This document shows positions 1 through 10,903 of a stretch of 64,000 nt of DNA, one piece after another (the first letter of the stretch is position 1; the number at the start of each line of letters is the position of its first letter). The stretch lies in NCBI GenBank assembly GCA_963813075.1, contig CAWEXU010000004.1, positions 320,001-384,000 on the forward strand, in the 5' to 3' direction. The DNA is from Methanotrichaceae archaeon (GTDB lineage: Archaea; Halobacteriota; Methanosarcinia; Methanotrichales; Methanotrichaceae). The translations under genes and the position numbers were made by a program. The notes under the pieces are model-generated. The model saw only the letters and a program-made list of their open reading frames with translations, had not been told where the DNA came from and did no database searches.

Positions 1-977
1 GCATGCATTCTTCCGCCGATAAAAATATCACAAAGCCCTATGATTCCTTTCAGCTCCACAGGAGAGTAATCACCTCTAATTAGATCGATATTGTCTTTCT
101 TCATCGTCAATTTGTAAATTTTTTCTCCAATGATACGGTCATCACTCCTTCCCCCTTCCTTAATTGCTATAACATGTGGGACAAAAATCACATGTGCATT
201 AGTTTTTTCAATTACATGATCAATAAACTGAGCCATCGTATTTGCATAGATATCATCCCTATCATCAAGCATAGCATTTGCTGATACTCCCACAAGTGGT
301 CTTTTTTCGGCATCAATTCCTTCATCTAAAAGAATTTCATTCATTCTGTCACAATTTGCAGAATCTAATAGAAAAGCACAGTCTGACGTAAGACAAATTG
401 GAGATTTAATTTCGATTTTTTTTAAATAATTTTCAGTTATCTCTTCCCTTACGATCACTAGATCAACATGGTCAAGGCAATATTTAGCAAAGGAGGTTAC
501 TGCCCAATTAAATGGACCTATAGATTGTGAATATATCACAATTGGTTTTTTAAATGATAATCCCAACAATATTGATGCATCAATTCCAATGGAAAATCCA
601 CCTTTGCCATCACTGAAAGAATCGCCACTAAGATCAATGATAGCATCTGCAGAGATGTATTCCTCAATTATCGGGTTATTAATGGACTTTGGATTCAATC
701 CAATTTTAAATAAGCCTGCCAAGAGAGTGTCTATAAGTATGTGTGTAGATATATAATATAATGGTTGCCATTCAGTTAGCCTGGGAAACCATCTATTCTC
801 TACCACTTTTATATCATAATTTTCGCATAATTTTGAGTCGAGTTCTGGTATCCGAGACATCAGCGTAATTTCTAAATCAGGAATCAATTCACGTAATGTT
901 TGGCAAGTGCTGATAACTTGTGCTGCAGATCCTTTATTAAAGGAACAATTTGTATTTGTAAATAATATTTTCGTCAT
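1..977 (-). CDS. Polysaccharide pyruvyl transferase family protein (3' end outside window)
   Basis: Hand translation from ATG at 977: MTKILFTNTNCSFNKGSAAQ...DLSGDSFSD...YSQSIGPF...VRE...SDCAFLL...IGGRMHA, motifs typical of the WcaK/AmsJ/CsaB family. Confidence 0.85.
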   Translation of the reverse strand, partial: MTKILFTNTNCSFNKGSAAQVISTCQTLRELIPDLEITLMSRIPELDSKLCENYDIKVVENRWFPRLTEWQPLYYISTHILIDTLLAGLFKIGLNPKSINNPIIEEYISADAIIDLSGDSFSDGKGGFSIGIDASILLGLSFKKPIVIYSQSIGPFNWAVTSFAKYCLDHVDLVIVREEITENYLKKIEIKSPICLTSDCAFLLDSANCDRMNEILLDEGIDAEKRPLVGVSANAMLDDRDDIYANTMAQFIDHVIEKTNAHVIFVPHVIAIKEGGRSDDRIIGEKIYKLTMKKDNIDLIRGDYSPVELKGIIGLCDIFIGGRMH

Positions 978-1106
978 TTCTAGCCTCTCAATAACACAAT
1001 TTAGGATTTCTTACGTGTATGTCTCGAATTTGCTGTAATTTCATGGCTGCCCTGCATCTTACCTCCATTTCTCTTCGTCCAAAGGATTTACTCTTTTGGC
1101 TCCTCG

Positions 1107-1410
1107 CTATTGAGGTTCAGGAATCTCCTCAATAATCTTCGATTCAATTCGGAAAGGGGCGCCAAGCTCTGCTCCGCAATCAGGACATAGATCCACGGTT
1201 TGACCTCTACGTGACTATCTCGCGTAGCATAAGGTCTGATTAGCCTTTATGTCCTTTCTTTTGACAGGAAATTTCTTGTTGTCCTTATCCTTTTTGAGAT
1301 TGAGGCCACGTCTTAGACTTGTGGAGTATGTGCATTCTCATATTGGGCTAGTCGGGCTTCAAGCTCTATTATTTTGCCTTGAGCAGGCTCAATCTAGATT
1401 TCCAGTGATT
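1107..1410 (-). pseudogene. IS66-family transposase N-terminal relic
   Basis: Fragments ELEARLAQYENAHTP and TVDLCPDCGAELGAPFRIESKIIEEIPEPQ* (coiled coil plus zinc finger of IS66 TnpC), broken by stops and frameshifts; boundaries approximate. Confidence 0.65.
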
Positions 1411-1480
1411 TAAGTGAAGGCTGGATATATCCGCCCAAAAACATTTTATTTTCAAGCAATATCTCCTATGAGAACCTCCA

Positions 1481-2105
1481 ATGACTCAGATACTATTTAA
1501 CCTAATGAACTTTCCGTTCGCCGAACAACTGACTGCTCTTTTCGATAGGTACTCTGATGACTATGAGCATACTTTCGAAGGAATATTTTGTTTGACTACT
1601 CCGCCACAATGCACAGAATGTGGTACTTTAATAGACCAAAATGGCTGGAACTTCTACACCAAAAGATGGCTTGGAATAGTCAAAATTGGCAAGTACTCCT
1701 GTTCTAAATGTCAAAATAAAGTGACAAAAACATGAGATTTCTAGGAAAATGCAAAAAGAGAAATTTTTGGAATATTCGCCATTTTTTTGCTCTTCAGGGT
1801 CAACCATGTCTTACAAAATCCCAGAGAAAGCTTCTGGCTATTTCTATACCTGCGATAAAGATACTATTCGCACAAGGATTGCAGCCGCGACAGACAAGAT
1901 GGAGATTCCCTAAATCAAACATATCCAGATTGTTCACTATCACGAACAGCATCCAAAGGCAGGAATATGCCAAATGTATCGGCTGACTCTTCTTGATCAT
2001 ATATTAAAACAACTTATCGCGGACGAGTTGTTGGACTCAAAGGATATGAAAAAAGTAGAGGATTTTCTTCGAAGAAACTCGATACAAATAGGCCGATATT
2101 TATTA
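1481..2105 (+). pseudogene. Degraded ISNCY-type (Methanosarcinales) transposase
   Basis: Three frame fragments: CTECG...NGWN...KIGKYSCSKC zinc ribbon, then IVHYHEQHPKAG..MYRLTLLD (expected YDEQ catalytic Asp replaced); truncated. Confidence 0.6.
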
Positions 2106-2182
2106 CATCGGGAGCGCGGTGGGTCACGAATACCCAGACCTTTAGGTTGGGTATTAGGTGAACCCTCGCATTTATTTCTGCC

Positions 2183-3486
2183 GGTTCTTCGCTATTTCAA
2201 GTGGGTAGATTGAACTGCAATTTTCCAAGTCTCAGATATATAATTAATATGAGATTTTTAGTTGTTCTGAACCCTCTTGCACTGCTCTTTGCGGATTGAA
2301 CCATGCTATTTATTCCTTCCAGCACGCCGTTGGATATTTTAGTTTCTGCATAATTTATTACGCCAGTCCAATGTGACTTAATGGTTTTAGCAACATTAAT
2401 GATAGGTTCTATTTGGCTGTGTGTTGCCCAATAATACCATTTCTTGAGGAAATCTTCAGCGAGGATCTTATCATTAAAAGTCCAAAAGTCTTTCAAACTA
2501 AGTTTGAAATTGTATGCTTTAGATGTCATCAAATTCATGTCTTTGAGAGATCCCAGCTTTTCTTTTTCAGCCAAAGAAAGGTCACTTGGGTTCTTTAGCC
2601 ACATATAGCGAGTACTTTTTAATTCTGCATTCTGGTGCTGCTCCTCGCGACGCACTTGATCTACTGCTTCATTGACCATCTTCATAACATGGAATTTATC
2701 AAAAGTAAGAGACGATCCTGGAAATTGTTCCGTTATACCTGATATGAATGCAGGAGACATGTCCGAACAGAACATCTCAATATTTTCTGATGCTCCATCA
2801 TGAGCCTCAAGGTCTTTTTTGAATGGGCTGATGACGCTTGCGTCCTTGCCCTCGCATACGTAAAGAACTTTATTATCTTCTAGATCAACGAATAGAGATA
2901 CATATTTATGGAATTTGGCACATGATGTTTCATCTACGCCCAATATTTTTACTTGAGAATGATCTTCATTAGATCTAGCTTCAGGAATATAATACGACAA
3001 AACCCTCCAGATCCGCGTATCATGTTCATCTAATATTTCAGCTACGTCATTAACTGGCATGTTCTGGGCAAAAAGCAGTATCAAGGCATCCATTAGCAAT
3101 GTAAAACCGGTACTCTTCCTAGCCCATGGAACATCAATCAATCTGATCGAACCACATTTCTGGCAGACTGTGCGTGGCACTCTGGCATGGATAAATGCCT
3201 TAAATTGGAAAAAATTGAGATGCCGCCATACTTTATCCTTTGTATCGTGAATACAATTATCCTGAGTTTTGCAATTCGAGCATTCGAATCTGCTTCCTGG
3301 GATAAAATCAATATGAATATCAAGTTGCTTTTTAGCAGCGCTGAATTCTATAGACTTGATATACCACGGATCTTGTAGATTCAATGCAAGCTTGAAGAGG
3401 TCTTCTTGAGATAGAGCCACAGATAATAATTCAAGAAATGATATTATTAAACCTTACCCCATACCCACTCAGAACAGCGAGGAACC
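2183..3486 (-). mobile_element. Complete ISL3-family insertion sequence (1304 bp)
   Basis: Imperfect ~25-bp terminal inverted repeats (GGTTCTTCGCTATTTCAAGTGGGTA / GGTTCCTCGCTGTTCTGAGTGGGTA) and an 8-bp target duplication TTTCTGCC at 2175-2182 and 3487-3494. Confidence 0.93.
2197..3420 (-). CDS. ISL3-family transposase
   Basis: 407 aa; zinc finger CSNC..WRHL..CQKC, GVDET, CSDMS, DKFHV, SNGVLEGINS..ARGFR motifs. Confidence 0.95.
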   Translation of the reverse strand: MALSQEDLFKLALNLQDPWYIKSIEFSAAKKQLDIHIDFIPGSRFECSNCKTQDNCIHDTKDKVWRHLNFFQFKAFIHARVPRTVCQKCGSIRLIDVPWARKSTGFTLLMDALILLFAQNMPVNDVAEILDEHDTRIWRVLSYYIPEARSNEDHSQVKILGVDETSCAKFHKYVSLFVDLEDNKVLYVCEGKDASVISPFKKDLEAHDGASENIEMFCSDMSPAFISGITEQFPGSSLTFDKFHVMKMVNEAVDQVRREEQHQNAELKSTRYMWLKNPSDLSLAEKEKLGSLKDMNLMTSKAYNFKLSLKDFWTFNDKILAEDFLKKWYYWATHSQIEPIINVAKTIKSHWTGVINYAETKISNGVLEGINSMVQSAKSSARGFRTTKNLILIIYLRLGKLQFNLPT

Positions 3487-3898
3487 TTTCTGCCCTTAAT
3501 TCTGCATATTAGGAATCTCGTGGGAAACCGAAAGCTGAGTTCCAATCATATGGATCAAGGGATCTGGGCAAAGAAGACTGGACAATTTCTGGATTCCATA
3601 AAACCTGGCGTGAGGGCATGCGGCCCGAAGCATACTCCATCCTTTAGGGTTGGGTGGCCGCACGCAGTTTGATATGAATCAAAGGACTTAGGGGGCAAGC
3701 TCGTTTAGAAGAAAGACTATGAAACTGGGAGGAAGACATCGGATGAGAATATGGTACGGTTAAAAATTATTTTATATGAAGTATATCTTGCATGGTACTA
3801 TTCTATAGAACCACGCAAAAACTTAACAATATCAAAGACTCTTGAGTAAATTATTTTCCGTCAATCTTAAATACGTACCAATGATTTAATAGTTATTA

Positions 3899-6091
3899 GT
3901 GGCGCAAGGAAATAAGATGAGATTTGAAATTAGTGAAAAGAAGTTAGCAGTTTTTTTTATTATATTTATATTATTTACGGATTTTTTCATAGTATGGAAT
4001 ATCTTTTACGTGAGGCAAATTTTTGGCTTTTTATTTTTAACTATTTTTCCTGGAACCCTTATTTGCCTAATTCTACAGGTTAAGAAAATATCTTTATTAG
4101 ATAGGATTCTTCTTTCGTGGGGGCTAAGCATTTCCTTTATAATGCTATCCTTTTTATTATTGAATACATTTTTTTTTATGATGAATTTTGATAGACCTTT
4201 ATCTAAAAAATATATATTGATTTTTTTAAATCTAACTTATTTTATTTTTTTAATAGTATATTATATTAGGGGCGAAAAAATTGCTTTCACTATATCATCC
4301 GATTTTTACTTAAAGAAAATCGAAATGGTATGTCTCATTCTTTCGTCTCTATTCCCACTTCTAAGCATATATGGTCTCTATCTAATTAATTATGAAAACC
4401 AAAATTATATAATTTTAATGCTATTATTTTTAATTAGTCTAGATACTATCTTGGTTAGTATACTTTTCAGAGAACATTTTAATAATGCTTACATATTCAC
4501 CATTAGCTCAATCAGCATATCATTATTATTATTATTATCGCTAAGATCAAATTATATTATAGGTAATGATGTAAATTTTGAGTTCAATATCTTTTCTCAA
4601 ACTTTGGAAAATATGAGATGGCAAGTTTTAGGCAATACTTCGTTAAGTGCTTGTTTGAGTATTTCGATTCTACCCACGATATATTATCATATTCTAGGTA
4701 TCTCTACATTCTATTTGTTTAAGATTCTTTACTCTTTGCTCTATATGGTATCACCACTAATCATATATTCTCTTTCTAAAAAATACATGCCTAATTCATA
4801 CGCATTTCTTGCTTCTTGTTTCTTTATGTTCCAGCCAGCTTTCCTTTGGACTGAATATAATGCTAGAACAAATCTTGCTGTCTTGTTCTTTGCCTTGATC
4901 TTCATGACACTTTTTTCCAGAGAAATTGATCTGCCTAAAAGGGGATTTATTTTTCTTAACTTGTCTATAGCGTGTATATTTTCTCATTATACAACAGCAT
5001 ATATTTTATTATTCTATTCAGTAGTCTTTTCATCGGTTATAAAATTTATCCCTAAAATGATTGGTATAAATTCAAAAATAAAAATAAGTCCTAAAAAGTC
5101 TTTTTTACTTTTTGTAATAATTTTTGTTTGGTATTCTCAAATTAACGAACATCCTTTTAACTCAGGTGTGGTATTCATATATGACACAATCACTTCTTTA
5201 GCCAGATTACTCATATTTGAAAATCGTGGGAGACCAGCTCAGGCACTTTTAGGAGAAGGATTTACAAGAGGTTATCCCTTTATTATTCAATTTGCATCTA
5301 CGTGGTCTACTTTTATACTCATCGCGGTTGGACTTATATTTTCAATATATAAATATATGCGAAACTCTCTTTCTAGATTGAATATCGGATCAAATAATGG
5401 CGAATTTAAAGCGCATTTCGAAATTTTAGACTTTGATTATTTGCTATTTGGGATATTCAGCGCAACCCTTTGTTTGTTAATGATTGTAGTTCCGATATTA
5501 TCAACTGGATACGGCATAGAGAGGGCATATTCAGCGTTTCTCGTTTTCCTATCTCCATTTTTTATAATAGGGGGGGTGGTTGTTGGCTCTTTTCTTAATT
5601 CTCATATTCGATTAAATCGAAACATAAATTCAAAAATTTTTAAAATTATTTCTGCAGATCGTTTAGTCATATTTATATTATTAATAATATATTTTTTAAG
5701 TATTACTGGTGCAATTCATGAAATATTTAATGTTCATTACCAGATAACATTAAGCTCTGAGGGGAAATTGTATGATGATTTATATGTACATGATCAGGAA
5801 ATTAACTCGGGTTTATGGCTAAAAAACACAATCAATAAAGGAGATCTAATTTTTGTGGACGATAATTTCAGGCTTGTAGCTCTGGGATTGGAAACGACGT
5901 ATAATAGAGAAATTTTCGAAGGTACTTCAGTTCGAAATGGATATATATATTTAAGATATACAAATGTTTTAAAGAACAAATTTTTACGGAATGGAGGAAT
6001 ATCACAAGAGATAAATTATCAGACATTATTTTATAAAGCCGATAAAATTTATGATAATTCTGGTAGTGAGATATTTCAAGTTCAAGAATAA
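3899..6091 (+). CDS. Multi-pass membrane protein, DUF2206-like (archaeal glycosylation loci)
   Basis: 730 aa, many hydrophobic helices, IIGND..EF, ARTNLA, FSHYTT and C-terminal KIYDNSGSEIF; very AT-rich. Confidence 0.75.
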   Translation: MAQGNKMRFEISEKKLAVFFIIFILFTDFFIVWNIFYVRQIFGFLFLTIFPGTLICLILQVKKISLLDRILLSWGLSISFIMLSFLLLNTFFFMMNFDRPLSKKYILIFLNLTYFIFLIVYYIRGEKIAFTISSDFYLKKIEMVCLILSSLFPLLSIYGLYLINYENQNYIILMLLFLISLDTILVSILFREHFNNAYIFTISSISISLLLLLSLRSNYIIGNDVNFEFNIFSQTLENMRWQVLGNTSLSACLSISILPTIYYHILGISTFYLFKILYSLLYMVSPLIIYSLSKKYMPNSYAFLASCFFMFQPAFLWTEYNARTNLAVLFFALIFMTLFSREIDLPKRGFIFLNLSIACIFSHYTTAYILLFYSVVFSSVIKFIPKMIGINSKIKISPKKSFLLFVIIFVWYSQINEHPFNSGVVFIYDTITSLARLLIFENRGRPAQALLGEGFTRGYPFIIQFASTWSTFILIAVGLIFSIYKYMRNSLSRLNIGSNNGEFKAHFEILDFDYLLFGIFSATLCLLMIVVPILSTGYGIERAYSAFLVFLSPFFIIGGVVVGSFLNSHIRLNRNINSKIFKIISADRLVIFILLIIYFLSITGAIHEIFNVHYQITLSSEGKLYDDLYVHDQEINSGLWLKNTINKGDLIFVDDNFRLVALGLETTYNREIFEGTSVRNGYIYLRYTNVLKNKFLRNGGISQEINYQTLFYKADKIYDNSGSEIFQVQE

Positions 6092-6280
6092 AAGTACGGT
6101 AGCGTGCCCTAATTGCTGTAAATTTGCAGTGGCCCTTTATCCGTGTTTTCGCCGACTCAATTTTGACCCCCAAAGAAGGAAAGCCTTCTCTCTCCAAGTA
6201 TTCCAAGGGGTGGGCAGTAAGGTGAAAAGAAACTAATATATCTTATGATTTACGACGCTTTAATAGGACGCGACACTAGT

Positions 6281-9200
6281 TCACACTTCAGCGGACCACA
6301 TGCAAGCCTTGCCGCTTGTCGCAGTCACATGGATATTAGTAGCATCGGCCCATACGTTGATGACAGTAACACCAGTTGAGCGTGGCACCACAGATACCTT
6401 GGTCGGAGCTTCCGCCAGATGGTGCGCTATGACCTGATCGGAGCCGGTGCCATTGAACGATCCCGAATTAGAATAGTACGCAATCTTATGGCCTGCATCC
6501 GTTATCTTTGTGCCAACGCTGTCGAAAACCAGACTCTTTTTATCAATAATTATAGATCCAGCCACGATTGCAGCATTATTTCGGGCAATGAATCCATAAT
6601 CACAGTTTCTAATTATCAAATTTTTAAATAGTATGTCGCCGCTTAGACCTGCTGACTGCCAAGATTCGACACCGATTAAACATCCATTGATACACCCACT
6701 TATAACGGATGCGCTATTAGATCCTCCGACTAATAACATAGTCCCATCAATCGCATCCGGTACATAAGCATCCAAGATGATGTTAGTTCTTGCAATATCT
6801 TTCACCTGGACGTAGTACTGCGGGCCGGTTGCACTGGCACGGACCAGTTTGATTTTTACGTCACAGTCTTTATATTTTTCCACATTGACGCAATAACCAT
6901 TGGCACATGCGGAGTTAATGTCGGTAATGTCTATCTTGGAATCAAAAACCATGTCCGTGGTTGCGTCGAAATACCTGCTGAGAGCTTCGCTGGTGGCTTC
7001 TTCAATTGTTGCTTTCAAGTCCATATTAGATATGTTTCCGCCGAACTGGAGATGGCTATCATTGCGCGAGAACAAACGAACTTTAACATTTTTTGCGTTA
7101 TAAATGTAATTCCCGCCAATGTTATTTTCTGTTACCGCGTCAATGGATATCAGTTCTCCTGTTAATGACCCGTATGCCCAAAATCCAAACTTTTTATTAC
7201 CAGACGCATGGCACCCCACCAGTTCACAACCATCTCCGACAAAGAACCCAGATCCATAGACGGGTGCAGTACTTTGGCCGTTGTTATTGGAAGTACACGC
7301 CACAAACTTTATATTTGCTTTCTCGGGCGCGGTTTCTGCATGGAAACCAGATTCCCAACAACCTTCCGCATGACAACCTATGAGCGTTATATTACTAACT
7401 AGTGTTTGACCTTCGACTAGACAAAACCCTGTTGCCCACGAAGGATTGCGATTCTGGGCATATCTGCCACAATCAATTGCTTTACAATTAATATAAACTT
7501 GATTTGTTATAATTTCATTGCTTTCTGCTGCCATCCAATCCCGATCATTGCCAAATCCACTTAAGCTGGTGTTTTTAGCTATGCAATTAATGAACTCGTG
7601 CCCCTGCAAAGTCGTGTTCTGTGCACAAAAGACAGTAAAGACGGCCTCATCTGCATAGTCGTTTGGGACATACAAACCATGTCTTATTGTATGTCCTGTA
7701 ACATTTTCGCAGCGGGTGAAATTCGCTGTTATCCAAACCATACCCTTTCCGGTAAAACTCAAATCTCTGAGTTGTGCATAGTCTCCAGACATTGAGATAT
7801 GATGGTTTGCTGTTATGAAATTGATGGTTGTAGTATTTCGGTTGTCACCTATCAGATTTGTATTTGCTCCAATGGTGATATTGGAATTGCCTCGATATGT
7901 TCCTGCATTTAGTCGAACTGTACCACCGAGGGCAAGCGCGCGATTGATTACGGCAAAGTCGTCCGTGCCAGCAGTACCATTTGATATTGTATTACCTTCT
8001 GCATCCTCAGCAATCACCAAGTTGCCAGCCATATATATTATGGCAGAAAACGCCCCTATAGTTGGTTTTGGCATATCGTATTGAACAGCTAATACTCCCA
8101 TTGGCAAACCTCCGTTATTTGATATCCCATATATACATCCAAAACTATTTGAGTCTGTTGGTGAGTAGGGAGAAAAAACATCGCATTGACCAACAATAAA
8201 CCTGGACATAAACCCGGGTGGTGGAGCTGATGAGTAGAAATAGGCCATTTCGGAGAGATACTCGAGAAACATCTCAAGAGAAAGTCCGTTGCTCGTTTTT
8301 ATTCTGAGGTTTGACCGGCCAATAGAATGCAGAGCTAGATCATGAGAGACGTTCTTGACTATCTCTTCGTAGGTCAAGACAGGCTCAGTTTTATTTGTGC
8401 CCTGCTGTTCACTGGCTATCAGCAAAGCGTCACCGGAATTATAAGGGAATTTCATACGATCTGGTTCATAGGTGCCATTCCTTGCCTTGAAACCCTCTAA
8501 GTGCCTTTCTCCGTGGTCTACAAGCCTATCCTCAATGGAGAGCTTCTTTCCATGAGCTATGATCGGTGTGTCCTCGGGATACACTACTCCTGCATGGCGC
8601 ATTGCGCCCATCCATGAGTTGCCTTGGGGATCCCAGTAACATTGATAGCCATAGGAGTTGAAATCCCAGAACAATACCAAATAGCATCCTCGCTGGATCT
8701 GTGAGCCATTTATCATTTTTCCGTTAACATCTGGCCCGCTTGAGGTTATTGGCGGAGAATACAGACATGAGGTGTTTTGATTCCAGGATCGCGATCCTAA
8801 GCCATCTCCATTTAAGTTATCCCAGTTTTGGCAAGATTTAAAGCCCAAATATGTGTACGCGCTTCGTTCCGACTTAAGACAGAAGTCCAACATCAGTCTG
8901 TATATTCCTGGTGGCAGGTCTTTAGGTAAATCGAAAGCACAAGAGATCGTCCCATTATGCCACTCAGATGTATTGTCTTCATTATCAAAGGCTGAGATCG
9001 GTGTTTCAAGCATGATATCCAAAGGAGTTCTTTGAGTACTACCTGTAAAACGAGATAGAAGGGTCATCCCACCACCTTCTATTGGAAGTCCTGTGGGTGT
9101 AAGCGATGTCAATACTACATAATCCCGTGGTGCATGCTGGTATCCCTTCGAGTCAAAGTCCCGTTCTCCAGTTATTAAAATGCAAAATTTATCAATATCT

Positions 9201-9514
9201 GGATATTTTTTCTTAAGACCGCTTACCATATTTTTCTGGAAAGTTAGTGTAATATTGGCTCTGACTCTAGTGCCAGGGTTCCAGGAGGTGGGATGATAAT
9301 CCACATGAGTCTTCCATTTTCCAAGCGTTGCATTTGCAGTGACATTGAAGTTGCCCTCCAATAGATAATCTGAATTGTCGAGTGAATACTGAGGAGAAGA
9401 ATTCCAGTCTACCGTTGGCTCGACCACACTTTGGTTCACCAAGGGACCGGGTGCTGAGGTAGCGATGATGGTGCCTTCCGAATTCGTGCAATTTACCAAC
9501 ATCGCGAGAATCAA
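6281..9514 (-). CDS. Large, apparently chimeric protein: unknown secreted-type N-half plus right-handed beta-helix (pectin-lyase/tailspike-like) C-half
   Basis: 1077 aa; DDFAVINRALALGGTVRLNAGTY beta-helix cap followed by N/G/C-ladder repeats; short beta-rich tail IAHHLAEAPTKVSVVP. Confidence 0.6.
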   Translation of the reverse strand: MILAMLVNCTNSEGTIIATSAPGPLVNQSVVEPTVDWNSSPQYSLDNSDYLLEGNFNVTANATLGKWKTHVDYHPTSWNPGTRVRANITLTFQKNMVSGLKKKYPDIDKFCILITGERDFDSKGYQHAPRDYVVLTSLTPTGLPIEGGGMTLLSRFTGSTQRTPLDIMLETPISAFDNEDNTSEWHNGTISCAFDLPKDLPPGIYRLMLDFCLKSERSAYTYLGFKSCQNWDNLNGDGLGSRSWNQNTSCLYSPPITSSGPDVNGKMINGSQIQRGCYLVLFWDFNSYGYQCYWDPQGNSWMGAMRHAGVVYPEDTPIIAHGKKLSIEDRLVDHGERHLEGFKARNGTYEPDRMKFPYNSGDALLIASEQQGTNKTEPVLTYEEIVKNVSHDLALHSIGRSNLRIKTSNGLSLEMFLEYLSEMAYFYSSAPPPGFMSRFIVGQCDVFSPYSPTDSNSFGCIYGISNNGGLPMGVLAVQYDMPKPTIGAFSAIIYMAGNLVIAEDAEGNTISNGTAGTDDFAVINRALALGGTVRLNAGTYRGNSNITIGANTNLIGDNRNTTTINFITANHHISMSGDYAQLRDLSFTGKGMVWITANFTRCENVTGHTIRHGLYVPNDYADEAVFTVFCAQNTTLQGHEFINCIAKNTSLSGFGNDRDWMAAESNEIITNQVYINCKAIDCGRYAQNRNPSWATGFCLVEGQTLVSNITLIGCHAEGCWESGFHAETAPEKANIKFVACTSNNNGQSTAPVYGSGFFVGDGCELVGCHASGNKKFGFWAYGSLTGELISIDAVTENNIGGNYIYNAKNVKVRLFSRNDSHLQFGGNISNMDLKATIEEATSEALSRYFDATTDMVFDSKIDITDINSACANGYCVNVEKYKDCDVKIKLVRASATGPQYYVQVKDIARTNIILDAYVPDAIDGTMLLVGGSNSASVISGCINGCLIGVESWQSAGLSGDILFKNLIIRNCDYGFIARNNAAIVAGSIIIDKKSLVFDSVGTKITDAGHKIAYYSNSGSFNGTGSDQVIAHHLAEAPTKVSVVPRSTGVTVINVWADATNIHVTATSGKACMWSAEV

Positions 9515-10021
9515 TAGAATTAAAACGCCGATATCGAGATGGATTCTCCTGGCGTTTAAATCAAACCTGCATTCTTTATCTCTTGCCGAGTGAAAAGTGC
9601 CTTTCAGAAAAAACCAACCTCTTGCATGCTTGACTTGTGACTATAGTGCAGCACCTAATGGTTGAAACTAATAATCCACATGCATTGGCGTCATAATATG
9701 GCGAATAAGTATCTGTCTTTGGGTTCCTGACTATATTTGCTACATTTGATCGATTTTAAGCCGCAAATCATATTCCTTTTTGTAATGCACCCCGTTTATC
9801 TTATCGTCTCCTTTTTTGTGATTAAAAGCTTACCGGCTTAGAAGATCAAAATTAAAAATGCTTGATGAGATTCATTTGGGCAAAAGGATAGAATTATTCA
9901 GAAATTAAATCAAATAAAAATTTTGAGAAAAATATTTCACTGGTCGTGATCCTACTCAAGTAATTTTATATTGAATCTGCTGAGGATTGAACAGCCTCCA
10001 TTATGGCCGTCCCATTGTCAA

Positions 10022-10903
10022 CTATAATCCGCAATAATCTAAGACAAAGCTTGAAGCCTTGCCTGCGGTGGCAGATTTTGCTTCCACTTTTACTACATTG
10101 TAGAAGCCCTCGATAATAAAGGGCTGAGTATCTCCGTGTGCAAGTACTGTCTCTACCCAAAGTTCGCTATAGTAGCTTGAACCAGACCTAGCATATCCCC
10201 TTATCCGATATTTCAGGTCGTTGCTGCCATTTGTGCAGGCTAAAATTATCGTTTTTTTGGAATAGCTCAAACAGTTCCAGGATAAGATGGCAACATAAGC
10301 GTCGGATGTGTTGCCGCTGACACTGGATGATAGCGACGCGGATGTATTGAGATCGAGCGTTTTCATGGGAGCTTGTCCATTCCGTGCCATCGAATGCATG
10401 CTACCAGTTGGCGCATCAAAGATCTTTAGCGCATCTTGTCTCTGCTCGCCGGTCTTATTGGTTGGAGTGCGCAGTGCATCCACAACTTCAATATCCAACG
10501 CTGTATCGCTGAACTCCTGTTCTTTTGGCACCAGCCCGCTTTCCCACCTAACCTCCCATTTATTGGCATCAAGCTGCCGTTTCTTGATACGATCGCAGTC
10601 GTCATGGCTAATCACGCTATCTGCATGATGGTTGCTTCCTTCAAGCGTAATTAGTGCAAAGACTAATCGTGTGTGGGCGGCGAAGTCTCCAATATCATAT
10701 GTCTGGCCGATGTTAGATCTTGATACATTTAAAATATGTTTATATTCAGGATGATGAAGCCAGATACTTCCATGGAAAGACATTCCGCTTTTCAGCTTTA
10801 ATAAGACCTTCCCAGTCTTTGGCATTATAATATCGCAGTTTCTTATTTTAAAGTTAATTGGATTTATCTGTTTTAAATCCATGATCCTCATCCCCTTCCG
10901 CAC
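10022..10903 (-). CDS. Hypothetical two-domain beta-rich protein
   Basis: 293 aa ORF with a low-complexity linker between two predicted beta domains; start uncertain. Confidence 0.55.
   Translation of the reverse strand: MRKGMRIMDLKQINPINFKIRNCDIIMPKTGKVLLKLKSGMSFHGSIWLHHPEYKHILNVSRSNIGQTYDIGDFAAHTRLVFALITLEGSNHHADSVISHDDCDRIKKRQLDANKWEVRWESGLVPKEQEFSDTALDIEVVDALRTPTNKTGEQRQDALKIFDAPTGSMHSMARNGQAPMKTLDLNTSASLSSSVSGNTSDAYVAILSWNCLSYSKKTIILACTNGSNDLKYRIRGYARSGSSYYSELWVETVLAHGDTQPFIIEGFYNVVKVEAKSATAGKASSFVLDYCGL

Larger units (their letters stand above)
2110..3672 (+). mobile_element. Internally deleted IS200/IS605-type element (about 250 bp without the ISL3), interrupted by ISL3
   Basis: Two related hairpins with TTTA loops (TACCCAGACC-TTTA-GGTTGGGTA 2131-2153; ACTCCATCC-TTTA-GGGTTGGGT 3634-3655) and a TnpB-like peptide LHIRNLVGNRKLSSNHMDQGIW at 3502-3567; ends approximate. 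Confidence 0.5.
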
